64,000 nt of DNA. It comes from a virus. Below, one piece after another: positions 10,284 to 20,041 of the stretch. The stretch's first letter is position 1. Every line of letters begins with the position of its first letter. The stretch lies in IMG/VR virus record IMGVR_UViG_3300017783_004014. The stretch is one strand, 5' to 3'. The position numbers and the translations under genes were made by a program. Under the pieces are notes generated by a model. The model was given only the letters and a program-made list of their open reading frames with translations, had not been told where the DNA came from and did not search any database.

Positions 10284-11245
10284 TAACAGTTGGCATAAAC
10301 GGCTTAGGTAGAATAGGACGATGTGTTACTCGTCATATTATGAACAAGCGAAAAGACATGCAGATTGTGCAAGTAAATGCAACAGGTGGCAGAGATACTA
10401 ACATGCACTTACTCAAATATGATAGTGTACATGGTAGGTACGAAGGCGCAATACATGAGCCCATACTATGGACTGAAGAACGTGATATCGAAAAGATAGA
10501 ATGGAAAAATGTAGATGTTGTATTAGAATGTACAGGTGCATATAACAATGGAATTAAATGTCTAAATCATACTTTTAATGGTGCTAAGAAAGTTGTTATA
10601 AGCGCACCTGCAAAGGAGTGTAAGCGAACGGTTGTATATGGTGTTAATCATCAAGACATAGATAAAAATGATAGAGTTGTAAGCAATGCTAGTTGCACAA
10701 CAAATTGCCTTGCTCCACTTGTTAAAGTAATTGATCAAAACTGTGGAATAGTTGCAGGACAAATGACAACAATACACAGTTACACAGGAGATCAAAGTAC
10801 AATAGATAAAAAGCACAAAGACCCTTACAGAGCAAGAGCAGGCGCAGTAAACATTATACCTACTACAACAGGCGCCGCAAAAGCATTAGATCTTGTGTAT
10901 CCAGAAGTCGCAGGAAAGATTAAAGGTGGAGCAATTAGAGTGCCTACACCTAATGTAAGTTGCATAGATTTAACTTTACAAGTTAGAGACGATGTAAATG
11001 AAGATACTATTAATAATTTTGTTTTAGAAAGCACCAAAAAAGAAATGCGAGGTGTTATAGGATATGAAGAACTGCCACTAGTAAGCAGTGATTTTAATAC
11101 AACTGAGGAAAGTTGTATATTTGCACCAGATCAAACTAGAGTAGTAGGAAACCGTTTAGTTAGGGTAATGGCCTGGTATGATAATGAATGGGCATTTAGT
11201 TGTAGAATGGCAGACATTGCATCAATTATGGGAAAAATGATATGA
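10280..11245 (+). CDS. gap: Glyceraldehyde-3-phosphate dehydrogenase, type I
   Basis: GINGLGRIGR, SNASCTTNCLAP, IIPTTTGAAKA, RVPTPNVS, WYDNEW. Confidence 0.97.
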   Translation: MITVGINGLGRIGRCVTRHIMNKRKDMQIVQVNATGGRDTNMHLLKYDSVHGRYEGAIHEPILWTEERDIEKIEWKNVDVVLECTGAYNNGIKCLNHTFNGAKKVVISAPAKECKRTVVYGVNHQDIDKNDRVVSNASCTTNCLAPLVKVIDQNCGIVAGQMTTIHSYTGDQSTIDKKHKDPYRARAGAVNIIPTTTGAAKALDLVYPEVAGKIKGGAIRVPTPNVSCIDLTLQVRDDVNEDTINNFVLESTKKEMRGVIGYEELPLVSSDFNTTEESCIFAPDQTRVVGNRLVRVMAWYDNEWAFSCRMADIASIMGKMI

Positions 11246-12039
11246 AGAGTTTTATTGCAGCGATGGATCATAGCGGAGGTAGCACAGGAGGTGTGTTAGA
11301 TCGTTATGGTGAAGAATATACAGAAGAAAATAAAATGGAAAAAGTACATGCTATGCGTTTACGTATGGTAAACAGTCCAGATTTTGTAAAAGAAAATATA
11401 TGGGCAGCTATACTGTATAAAGATACAGTTGAACGTGGAATGGTTCCAGTATTAAAGACAAAAGGCATCGAAGCATATTTAAAAATAGACGGTGGTTGTG
11501 AGGACAACGGTTATCTAAAATACTTTCGTTTAAATGAAATGACAGACTTTGCAAAAGAGCATGGCTGTACAGGAACAAAAATGCGTAGTATTGTAAAAGA
11601 TAACAAAGATTTGTCAATGATACTTGACCAACAGTTTGCACTCGCAGAAGGTATACACAGCGAAGGGCTGATGCCTATTGTTGAACCAGAAATACCTATT
11701 GAGCATCCAATGAAATCAAACTACGAATATGAACTTCGTGATCAACTTGCTGAAAGATTAGATGCATTTACAGGCAAGTGTATTTTAAAACTAACATTAC
11801 CCGATCAAGATAACTTTTATAGTAATATTATGAAGCATGATAATGTTTTTAAAGTTGTTGGACTTAGTGGAGGTTACACTACAGAACAGGCATGTAGACG
11901 TTTAGCATGTCAGCTAGGTATGACTGCAAGTTTTTCAAGAGGACTAAGTGAAGGATTGTTTGCTAATCAAACAGAAGATGAATTTAATCAAGCTATTTCA
12001 AAAAATATTACAATGATTAGAGATGCAGGTAATGTCTGA
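11242..12039 (+). CDS. fda: Fructose-bisphosphate aldolase, class I (bacterial Fda type)
   Basis: FIAAMDHSGGS, GTKMRS, MPIVEPEI, LKLTLP, VVGLSGGY, ASFSRGL. Confidence 0.9.
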   Translation: MKSFIAAMDHSGGSTGGVLDRYGEEYTEENKMEKVHAMRLRMVNSPDFVKENIWAAILYKDTVERGMVPVLKTKGIEAYLKIDGGCEDNGYLKYFRLNEMTDFAKEHGCTGTKMRSIVKDNKDLSMILDQQFALAEGIHSEGLMPIVEPEIPIEHPMKSNYEYELRDQLAERLDAFTGKCILKLTLPDQDNFYSNIMKHDNVFKVVGLSGGYTTEQACRRLACQLGMTASFSRGLSEGLFANQTEDEFNQAISKNITMIRDAGNV

Positions 12040-13024
12040 AAATAGAATAGCATGTTTTGGTAGTAGCCACACAGAAGGTGGCACTGGATGGGAGTCGGGT
12101 AAAGAGTTTATGAACAGTTGGCCCGGACAACTATACAGTAGGCTAGAGAATACTGATGTTCTTAATGTAGGACAAAGCAGTTTCAGTATTGACTTTTGGC
12201 CAACTAAGATTTATAATGTTATTAATTACTACAACCCAACACATATTATATGTGAGATCAATATTAAAGAAAAACTTGACTTTGAAGTAAGCCCAGACTT
12301 AACTGGACAAAGTTGTCTTGATAGTCCTCATGGATATCATCCACTGTTGACTAGACAAAATGTTCGCAGTCCTAAAACAGACTCTTCATATATCCCTACA
12401 GAAAATTGGCCAAATAGATCGAGTGTAAGTCCACAAGAAGCAATTGAATATTACAATGCATATCATCAAATCACTGAAAGCATGGATAAAGATCATTGGA
12501 AAGATAATTTGCCTATTATGATAAATGAAATGTATTTAGATGCAGCTCACAGTGGAATAATTACAGATTATGAAAGACATGTTGTAGCAGAAAAATTACA
12601 AGGCATAATAGATAGTATGGGTAACAAAGATGGAGACATTGAAATGTTTCTCAACTATCTTTATTTCCGTGCAGTATATGAAACAGACAGCGACACAAAC
12701 ATTGCTTATTACTTACAAAATATTAATGCTATGAGAATGATTTGTGCAGAAAATAATATTAAATTTAAAGCATACACAATGCATTGGCAACCAAATGTAT
12801 ATGAAAGTCTTATCTACAAAGAGAATTATGAAACACTCTTAAAAGATATATGGTTGTTTGACGATGTAAAATATAATGTAAAATGGTGGATCAAGGATAG
12901 ATTCGGTGTAGATAAATGGCGGGAACAATTATGTGATAGTATACATTTCAAAGCAGAAACATATGGTATATGGTGCGAAGAGATGTTGATCCCGTATTTA
13001 AAGAAAGAATGGAATATTTCGTAA
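12032..13024 (+). CDS. SGNH/GDSL-like protein
   Basis: IACFGSSHTEG block I, VLNVGQ block II, C-terminal DSIH. Confidence 0.55.
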   Translation: MSENRIACFGSSHTEGGTGWESGKEFMNSWPGQLYSRLENTDVLNVGQSSFSIDFWPTKIYNVINYYNPTHIICEINIKEKLDFEVSPDLTGQSCLDSPHGYHPLLTRQNVRSPKTDSSYIPTENWPNRSSVSPQEAIEYYNAYHQITESMDKDHWKDNLPIMINEMYLDAAHSGIITDYERHVVAEKLQGIIDSMGNKDGDIEMFLNYLYFRAVYETDSDTNIAYYLQNINAMRMICAENNIKFKAYTMHWQPNVYESLIYKENYETLLKDIWLFDDVKYNVKWWIKDRFGVDKWREQLCDSIHFKAETYGIWCEEMLIPYLKKEWNIS

Positions 13025-13419
13025 TGTCAAAACTTAAACATTGGGAAGAAGAGTTTAGTTTTCTAGATGATGATGATAGATTAATGCACTTGATCGATTT
13101 AGCAAAAAAAGAAACTAACTTACCTGAAACTTTACGTACCAAAGATAGATTAGTCAATGGATGTATGAGTCAAATATGGATAGATGTTGGCGTAAAAGAA
13201 GATATAGTAAAAGTATATTATGATAGCGATGCAATGATTACAAAAGGTATTACTATGGTAGTAGCAGATTGTTATAGTGATATAACAATAGATGAAGCAA
13301 AACAAATTACAAAAGCAGATTTTGAAAAGCTAGGCATTAAAGAATTACTTTCTGCACAACGTAGAAACGGATTAGGTAATCTTATAGATACCATAAGAAC
13401 AAAGGTCAATAGGCTATGA
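13024..13419 (+). CDS. sufE: Fe-S cluster assembly sulfur acceptor SufE
   Basis: LVNGCMSQIW, DSDAMITKG, LLSAQRRNGL. Confidence 0.9.
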   Translation: MSKLKHWEEEFSFLDDDDRLMHLIDLAKKETNLPETLRTKDRLVNGCMSQIWIDVGVKEDIVKVYYDSDAMITKGITMVVADCYSDITIDEAKQITKADFEKLGIKELLSAQRRNGLGNLIDTIRTKVNRL

Positions 13420-14609
13420 ATATAGAAATCACAACTAATCCCACAGGAAGAAGTCCTGAAAACAAATACTTCTTTGGGAGTAAAACATCTTTATTAGATT
13501 TAACTAGACCAAAATATAACAAAATAGGAAACGAGGAAGATTTTTGGGAACTACATGAAGACATGTATGAACTAGAATATAATCATAATCTTGTTTTTTA
13601 TACATGTGGCATATGTTTTAGAGTAGAAACAAATGATGATAGACATGCACAGTTTGTTCGCAATATGTTTACAGTAGAAGAAAACGGTTGGGACCATACA
13701 GCCGATTGGACAATATTTCATAATACAGAAATACAAGTAGATGGACCAAAAATACTTGTGCATTTAAATGAATGCCGTATGTTGATAGCAGGAACAACGT
13801 TCCTAGGAGAAATTAAAAAAGGCGTGTTTGGAATTGTAAGTTTTGAATTACCAGACAACAATGTGTTGCCTATGCATTGTAGTGCCTTTACGTACAACGA
13901 TACAACAAACTTGATGTTTGGATTAAGTGGAACAGGTAAAACTACATTAAGCAGTGACCCAGAATATCAGCTTATAAGTGACGATGAGGTTGCTTGGGGT
14001 GTTAATGGTATACAAATGATTGAAACTGGTTGCTATGCAAAAAGCGAAGGATTGACTATAGAGACACATCCTACTATCTTTAATGCAGTAGAAAAAGCAA
14101 GAAGTTTAGATACATTAGTAGTAGAAAATCCAGGTGTGTCAAATGCTAGACTAAGCTATCCACTTAATTGTGTAGAAAATGCATACTACGATCAAAAAGA
14201 ATTTGATCATCCACAGAACATATTTTTTCTAACAATGGATGTAACAGGAAGTTTTCCTCCGGTAGTTAAAATTAGTGGTAATACAGTGAGACGTTTTTTT
14301 GAAACAGGTTACACAAGTCAAATGCCTGGAACAGAAGCAGGTAGTAACGAGATTAAAAAAGTGTTTAGTCCTTGTTATGGATCACCGTTTATGCCACGCA
14401 ATGTGGATACATATGCAGATATGTTAATGGAAAAAATTAATACTAACCAATGTAATGTGTATCTAGTAAACACAGGTATGGGCAGGAATAGTATTAGACA
14501 TCCATTAAACTTTACTAGAAATTGTGTAAAACAAGCAATTGACCTCACAGTAGAAGACGACAGCGAACAAGTTTTACAAACACTAGAAAAGTTAATTAAC
14601 GAATATTAA
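13416..14609 (+). CDS. pckA: Phosphoenolpyruvate carboxykinase (ATP), shortened form
   Basis: TGRSP, GEIKKGVF, MHCSA, FGLSGTGKTTLS, LISDDE, GCYAK, FETGYTS, FSPCYGSPF, VYLVNTG. Confidence 0.9.
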   Translation: MNIEITTNPTGRSPENKYFFGSKTSLLDLTRPKYNKIGNEEDFWELHEDMYELEYNHNLVFYTCGICFRVETNDDRHAQFVRNMFTVEENGWDHTADWTIFHNTEIQVDGPKILVHLNECRMLIAGTTFLGEIKKGVFGIVSFELPDNNVLPMHCSAFTYNDTTNLMFGLSGTGKTTLSSDPEYQLISDDEVAWGVNGIQMIETGCYAKSEGLTIETHPTIFNAVEKARSLDTLVVENPGVSNARLSYPLNCVENAYYDQKEFDHPQNIFFLTMDVTGSFPPVVKISGNTVRRFFETGYTSQMPGTEAGSNEIKKVFSPCYGSPFMPRNVDTYADMLMEKINTNQCNVYLVNTGMGRNSIRHPLNFTRNCVKQAIDLTVEDDSEQVLQTLEKLINEY

Positions 14610-14623
14610 AGGAAAAGCAGATA

Positions 14624-15733
14624 ATGAATAATTATATTTTTACAAGTGAAAGTGTTAGTGCAGGGCATCCCGATAAGGTTGCAGACCAAATCAGTGATGC
14701 TCTAGTTGATGCTGGATTAAAAGCAGGAGACGAGACTACTCGTGTTGCTGTTGAAACTCTTGTAACTACTAACTATGTTACATTAGCAGGTGAGGTAAAA
14801 AACTTCAACGTTACTGACGAAGAAGTTGAACAAATTGTTAGAGATGTAGTGAAAAAAATTGGTTATGAACAGGAAGGATTCCATTGGGACAAACTTACTA
14901 TTGATAATAGAACAATTAATAATAAACTACATTCTCAAAGTGCTGATATTGGATTAGGCACAGATGACTTTGGTGCAGGTGACCAGGGTATTATGTTTGG
15001 TTATGCAACTAACGAAAACGATGCATATTTGCCAGCACCCATCTATTATGCACACGAAGTTCTAAAAAAATTAGATGAATATAGAAAAGATGGATTTGAG
15101 TATATGTTACCTGATGCAAAAAGTCAGGTAAGTGTACAATACGAAGGTGGCAAAGCAAAACGTGTAGATCAAGTTGTTGTAAGCCAACAGCATGTTGAAG
15201 GATATCATCATAGTATAAAAATACCTATGAAACAAGCAATAAATGAAATATTAGGAGATTTAGTTGACAAAGATACTGTATATCATCTTAACCCTACTGG
15301 TAACTTTGTTATTGGCGGTCCTGATGGTGATACCGGAGTTACCGGAAGAAAAATTATTGTTGATACCTATGGCGGTTATGCTCCTCATGGCGGTGGTGCT
15401 TTTAGTGGTAAAGATCCTACCAAGGTAGATAGAAGTGCGGCTTATATGGCACGTTGGTTAGCTAAGAATGTAGTAGCAGACGATATGGCAGATTGGTGTC
15501 AGATACAATTATCATATGCCATCGGTGTAAAAGAACCTACTAGTATCTATATTGATAGTAATGGATACAATAAATCAATAGAAAAGTTTATCAGAAATAA
15601 TATTGATTTAACACCCTATGGAATAATAAAAAGGTTTGACATGTACAACTTTTTCAAGTATAGTAGTAGTTGTGTATATGGTCACTTTGGAAATAAAGAT
15701 GTTCCTTGGGAACAAATTGGATGGAATATATGA
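14624..15733 (+). CDS. metK: S-adenosylmethionine synthetase
   Basis: FTSESVSAGHPDK, GAGDQGIMFGYA, GRKIIVDTYGG, GGGAFSGKDPTKVDRS. Confidence 0.97.
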   Translation: MNNYIFTSESVSAGHPDKVADQISDALVDAGLKAGDETTRVAVETLVTTNYVTLAGEVKNFNVTDEEVEQIVRDVVKKIGYEQEGFHWDKLTIDNRTINNKLHSQSADIGLGTDDFGAGDQGIMFGYATNENDAYLPAPIYYAHEVLKKLDEYRKDGFEYMLPDAKSQVSVQYEGGKAKRVDQVVVSQQHVEGYHHSIKIPMKQAINEILGDLVDKDTVYHLNPTGNFVIGGPDGDTGVTGRKIIVDTYGGYAPHGGGAFSGKDPTKVDRSAAYMARWLAKNVVADDMADWCQIQLSYAIGVKEPTSIYIDSNGYNKSIEKFIRNNIDLTPYGIIKRFDMYNFFKYSSSCVYGHFGNKDVPWEQIGWNI

Positions 15734-16002
15734 TAAAAAAGCTAAAAGACCTTTTTGCGAAAAAAGAAAAGCTCAGTAATAAAGACAAGGCTACAGCACG
15801 TGGTGAACCCTACGTAAAAGTCTTAAATGTAAATATTGACAAAAATAATCCAGGTGATGGTTACTTTGAACTTGAATGGAATCAACTATTTGTTAAACAA
15901 TTATTAGAAGCAGGATACAGTGGAATGAATGAAGAAGAAATTGTAGATGCTTGGTTTACAACCTTATGTCGAACTATTGCTGAGGATATGGAAAATGGCT
16001 AA
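15730..16002 (+). CDS. Hypothetical phage protein
   Basis: ORF coupled between metK and rnh (GYFELEWN...VDAWF). Confidence 0.6.
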   Translation: MIKKLKDLFAKKEKLSNKDKATARGEPYVKVLNVNIDKNNPGDGYFELEWNQLFVKQLLEAGYSGMNEEEIVDAWFTTLCRTIAEDMENG

Positions 16003-16987
16003 TACATATATTCTTGTTGATGCTGCTAACATGTATTTTCGTGCTAGACACGTAGTACGTGGTAGTGATATTGAAACTAAAATTAGTATGAGTTATCATA
16101 TTATGTTTAATAGTATTAACAAGGTGTGGCGAGAGCAAAATGGTACACATGTTGTGCTTTGTTTAGAGGGTCGTAGTTGGCGTAAAGACTATTACGAACC
16201 ATACAAGCGTAACCGTTCTGCAGCACGTGCGGCACTAAGTGAACGTGACCAACAAGAAGATCAAGCATTTTGGGATGCTTTTGATGAACTTAAAGTATTC
16301 TTTGAGAAACGTACAAATTGTACAGTGCTACAAGATGGACAGTGCGAAGCAGATGACTTTATTGCACGTTGGATACAGAATCATCCTGATGACAAGCATT
16401 GTATTGTAAGCAGTGATAGTGACTTTTATCAATTGCTTGCACCCAATGTACAACAATACAATGGCATTATGGGACAGTTGATTACACTTGAAGGTGTGTT
16501 TGATGACAAAGGCAAGCCTGTGCTAGACAAGAAAACTAAAGAGCATAAAGTTCCTGGTGATCCACAATACTTACTATTTGAGAAATGTATACGTGGTGAC
16601 ACTAGTGACAATATCTTTAGTGCTTTTCCTGGTGCTCGTAAAAAAGGTACTAAGAATAAAATTGGTATGTTGGAAGCGTTTGCTGATAAAGAAAAGCAAG
16701 GCTTTAATTGGAATAACTTTATGCTACAACGTTGGGTTGACCATGACAATGTGGAACATAGAGTGCTTGAAGACTACAATCGCAATAAGATGCTAATCGA
16801 TCTCACAGAACAACCAGAAGAGATTAAGCAAGTTCTTGATACAAAAATTGTAGAACAAGTACAAAAAGAACGTAAAGGACAAGTTGGTGTGCAGTTTATG
16901 AAGTTTTGTGGTAAATGGGATTTACAACGAACAAGTGAAAGGGCACAAGATCATGCAGTATATTTAAATTCTGCATATGGAGATTGA
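15995..16987 (+). CDS. rnh: T4-like RNase H / 5'-3' flap exonuclease
   Basis: ILVDAANMYFR, SWRKDYY..YK.NR, EADDFIA, SSDSDF, RGDTSDNI. Confidence 0.88.
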   Translation: MANTYILVDAANMYFRARHVVRGSDIETKISMSYHIMFNSINKVWREQNGTHVVLCLEGRSWRKDYYEPYKRNRSAARAALSERDQQEDQAFWDAFDELKVFFEKRTNCTVLQDGQCEADDFIARWIQNHPDDKHCIVSSDSDFYQLLAPNVQQYNGIMGQLITLEGVFDDKGKPVLDKKTKEHKVPGDPQYLLFEKCIRGDTSDNIFSAFPGARKKGTKNKIGMLEAFADKEKQGFNWNNFMLQRWVDHDNVEHRVLEDYNRNKMLIDLTEQPEEIKQVLDTKIVEQVQKERKGQVGVQFMKFCGKWDLQRTSERAQDHAVYLNSAYGD

Positions 16988-16988
16988 A

Positions 16989-17714
16989 ATGAAAATAGCA
17001 GTTATTGGATGTAGTCACAGCGATCCAAGATGCATAGACTATCAAATGATAGAAAAAGGTCCTCAAAGAAAAACTTGGGTGTGTCATGTTGCTGAAAATA
17101 GATCAGATATAATAATTGATAATTATAGTTTTGGTGGTCATGGACTCCAATATGTAGATTTTATACTGAAGAAAATTGTAGCAGGAAGCATAAAATATTC
17201 TGCCGTAATACTTCAACTAACTGATACACATAGAACTCTTGTTCCACTAACAGATTATAATGATAAAATGCAATGGGCGTCATACTATATTAGAGAAAAC
17301 TATCGTAGTATTATAAAAATGTCACCTACAGCAAGTGTTCTTGCAAATAGTGTATATGCACAAGAGCAAACTGAAAAAGTAATAAGCAAATCTTGGTTGA
17401 AAGAAAACGTAACAGGTAATTGTTTTATTGATGAATTTGTAGATTATTTTAAAAAGAGTTTATTTTTATATAATAATGTATTTGATAAGTTTTATTATTT
17501 TTCAATGACAGGTGACGGAGAAGGACCTAATTTTAATAATCTTGGAATTGACGATAAACCTAATGCGTATAGATATCTTAATGAAAAATATGGTGATTCA
17601 ATATTAACAGATGATTTACATTTAAAAGATGAACATTCGCATTTAGTAGTAACTGATTACTTACAGAACACAGAACTAGGAGACTTGTTAAAATATGATA
17701 GCATACATATTTGA
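16989..17714 (+). CDS. SGNH/GDSL-like protein
   Basis: IAVIGCSHS, DNYSFGGHG, C-terminal DDLH. Confidence 0.5.
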   Translation: MKIAVIGCSHSDPRCIDYQMIEKGPQRKTWVCHVAENRSDIIIDNYSFGGHGLQYVDFILKKIVAGSIKYSAVILQLTDTHRTLVPLTDYNDKMQWASYYIRENYRSIIKMSPTASVLANSVYAQEQTEKVISKSWLKENVTGNCFIDEFVDYFKKSLFLYNNVFDKFYYFSMTGDGEGPNFNNLGIDDKPNAYRYLNEKYGDSILTDDLHLKDEHSHLVVTDYLQNTELGDLLKYDSIHI

Positions 17715-18408
17715 TGTAGATGGAACACTGACGCCAAGTAGAAAACTTATTGATCCTGAATTTGGTGCATGGCTTGTAGATTTTGCAAGACAAAATGCAG
17801 TGTTTCTTGTAACTGGTAGTGACAGAGATAAAACAATGGAACAAGTTGGAGAGCTTGTTTATAATACATGTTATACAGTTTATCAGTGCAGTGGTAATGA
17901 TATATGGATAGGTGATATGAATGTTCATAGCAATAAATGGCGTTTGCCTGATGAGATGCAGCATTGGTTGGAAAAACAATTGCATGACAGTGATTGGAAA
18001 GTATTAACTGGTAATCATTTTGATGAACGTCCTGGCTTACTTAATTTTAGTATAATTGGTCGTAACTGTATGGACCATCAACGCAAGTCGTATGTAGAAC
18101 ATGATAACAAAACTAATGAACGAGTTAATATTGCAACCAAATTCAATGAGCTTTATTTAGAACATGGTGTACAAGCGCAGGTTGCAGGCGAAACTGGTTT
18201 AGATATAATGCCTGTTGGTGCAACAAAAGCACAAATACTTAATGACTTTTTGCCACACACAGTTATTAAATTCTTTGGTGATAAAACAATGCCTGGTGGA
18301 AATGATTATGAAATAGCACAGGCAGTAATCAATTGGAACAAAGATAGTAATGCATTACAAGTCAACGACTGGCAACAAACATGGAGTTTTTTACGTGCGA
18401 TGGTTTGA
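17695..18408 (+). CDS. HAD-IIB phosphomannomutase-like enzyme
   Basis: IFDVDGTLT, LVTGSD, ERPGLLNFSIIGR, GLDIMP, FFGDKTMPGGNDY. Confidence 0.85.
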   Translation: MIAYIFDVDGTLTPSRKLIDPEFGAWLVDFARQNAVFLVTGSDRDKTMEQVGELVYNTCYTVYQCSGNDIWIGDMNVHSNKWRLPDEMQHWLEKQLHDSDWKVLTGNHFDERPGLLNFSIIGRNCMDHQRKSYVEHDNKTNERVNIATKFNELYLEHGVQAQVAGETGLDIMPVGATKAQILNDFLPHTVIKFFGDKTMPGGNDYEIAQAVINWNKDSNALQVNDWQQTWSFLRAMV

Positions 18409-18574
18409 TTATATATCAATTTATTTACATGCCAATGTAATCTATACAGGTGTAATGGGTATATTAACAATGAATATACTGGCTATATTTTTAGGATACT
18501 TTGGCTGGACAACTTGGAAATGGTATGAACAATGGAGAAAAGATAACGATGACTTATCAGGATTATTTGGATAA
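18395..18574 (+). CDS. Small membrane protein
   Basis: Two hydrophobic stretches; GTG start is tentative. Confidence 0.4.
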   Translation: MRWFDYISIYLHANVIYTGVMGILTMNILAIFLGYFGWTTWKWYEQWRKDNDDLSGLFG

Positions 18575-18809
18575 ACTAAAACAAAATGTATGTGAAATTA
18601 CTTTTAACAAAGTAAATGGAGAGCAACGTGTTATGACATGTACACTCAAAGAAGATACATTACCACCTGCTAAAAAAGATGATCCTCTTACACTTAAAAA
18701 AGTTAGAGAGATTAACGAAAATGTTGTTAGTGTATGGGATGTAAATGCAAAAGGTTGGAGAAGTTTTAGAGTAGCAAACGTTACCAACTTTGAAGTTAAA
18801 CATGTCTGA
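18549..18809 (+). CDS. WYL_2/DUF2693-like SH3-fold phage protein
   Basis: ITFNKVNGEQRVMTCTL...VWDVNAKGWRSFR. Confidence 0.75.
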   Translation: MTYQDYLDKLKQNVCEITFNKVNGEQRVMTCTLKEDTLPPAKKDDPLTLKKVREINENVVSVWDVNAKGWRSFRVANVTNFEVKHV

Positions 18810-19257
18810 CAAAATAAAAGAAGTTATAAAGGATAAATTTTGGATAGTAGAAAACACATATGGAAAAGTAGGAACCATACGTACAATTGATTCTGGATAT
18901 GAGTTTTATAATCAAATTGATGATACTACAAATGTTTTAGATAGCATAGATAAATTTAAAAGCTCTGGAGGCAGTGCAGTAGAAGCTGATACAGAAAGTC
19001 AAATGTATAAAGGATTACCTACTAACAGTCCAGAAATACATCCTGTAGAGCACGATAGTCTGCCTTTATTTAAAAAGAAATTAAACAGCAACACAATTTA
19101 TGTTGCTGGGTATTATTTGCTTAAATATCACGGTATGGGATGGCAACATGCATTCTGTCCTAAAGCAGATACATACGAAAAGTATGAGACTCAAGGACCA
19201 TTTCTTAGTGAATGGGATATGAATTTGAGTCTCAAAAAAGCAAGGAAAGAAAAATGA
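18802..19257 (+). CDS. Hypothetical phage protein
   Basis: Coupled ORF; YVAGYY...FCPK...GPF. Confidence 0.65.
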   Translation: MSDKIKEVIKDKFWIVENTYGKVGTIRTIDSGYEFYNQIDDTTNVLDSIDKFKSSGGSAVEADTESQMYKGLPTNSPEIHPVEHDSLPLFKKKLNSNTIYVAGYYLLKYHGMGWQHAFCPKADTYEKYETQGPFLSEWDMNLSLKKARKEK

Positions 19258-19685
19258 AATATTTTTATATTCTTCTATTAGGTACTATAATTTCTATAGG
19301 TAGTGTTAATGCACAAACCATAGATCCAAATAGTATGCTAGGAAATGAATTGCCCAGTGAACCAGATGTACAAGAAGTACCTGAACAAAATATACCAGAT
19401 TCGGGACAAGGATTACAATTTATACCATTACCGCTGACATCAAAGTGTTTATCAATGAGTGATATGAAAGGCTTAGTAGAATACGTTATGGGACAAGAAA
19501 CATTTGTCTTAGGATATAATGGATTAGCTTTTAGACAAATGAGTCCATTTGATGGACTAATTATTGCTCGTAACGAAACTACACTAGAATACACAGTATT
19601 ATTAATTAGTTCTAATACAGATCTTGCTTGTATTGTTGCAATAGGAACTAAGATGCAACTCAAAAGCGAACAAAATAATGAATAA
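19254..19685 (+). CDS. Hypothetical secreted protein
   Basis: Signal-peptide-like N terminus ending VNA; two cysteines. Confidence 0.6.
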   Translation: MKYFYILLLGTIISIGSVNAQTIDPNSMLGNELPSEPDVQEVPEQNIPDSGQGLQFIPLPLTSKCLSMSDMKGLVEYVMGQETFVLGYNGLAFRQMSPFDGLIIARNETTLEYTVLLISSNTDLACIVAIGTKMQLKSEQNNE

Positions 19686-19709
19686 AAACATGTTTTAATT
19701 GTCTTTTTT

Positions 19710-19740
19710 TATAAATACGTATGTAGGAGAACATACGTAT
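19710..19740 (+). promoter_or_regulatory. T4-type late promoter TATAAATA overlapping a 10-bp hairpin that holds the RBS and start codon
   Basis: TATAAATA 19710-19717; ATACGTATGT (19715-19724), loop AGGAGA, ACATACGTAT (19731-19740, includes the AT of ATG 19739). Confidence 0.8.
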
Positions 19741-20041
19741 GGCAAGACCTAAACCAAATATTATTTTAGATTCAGTTGATAAAAATTATAATAGTGAACA
19801 GATTCTAGAAGCTGGAGCAATTTTTGCAGTTTATTATGAAAATAGACCAATTAACCTGAGGACACTTAATACACTTGTAAACTACCCAGGACCAAAGTAT
19901 AAAAAAGTGAGCTTTAGTAACAGTGGGCATGCGTTTAATCTCGCTGATCGACTTAACAAAAAGTTTAATACTGATCAGTTTACGGTAATAAAGTTATTAG
20001 ATGGTGAAACAATCACAAGAGATTACAAAGATTCAGAATAA
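19739..20041 (+). CDS. Hypothetical phage protein (likely late)
   Basis: MARPKP...YPGPKYKKVSFSNSGHAFNLA; strong SD. Confidence 0.75.
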   Translation: MARPKPNIILDSVDKNYNSEQILEAGAIFAVYYENRPINLRTLNTLVNYPGPKYKKVSFSNSGHAFNLADRLNKKFNTDQFTVIKLLDGETITRDYKDSE

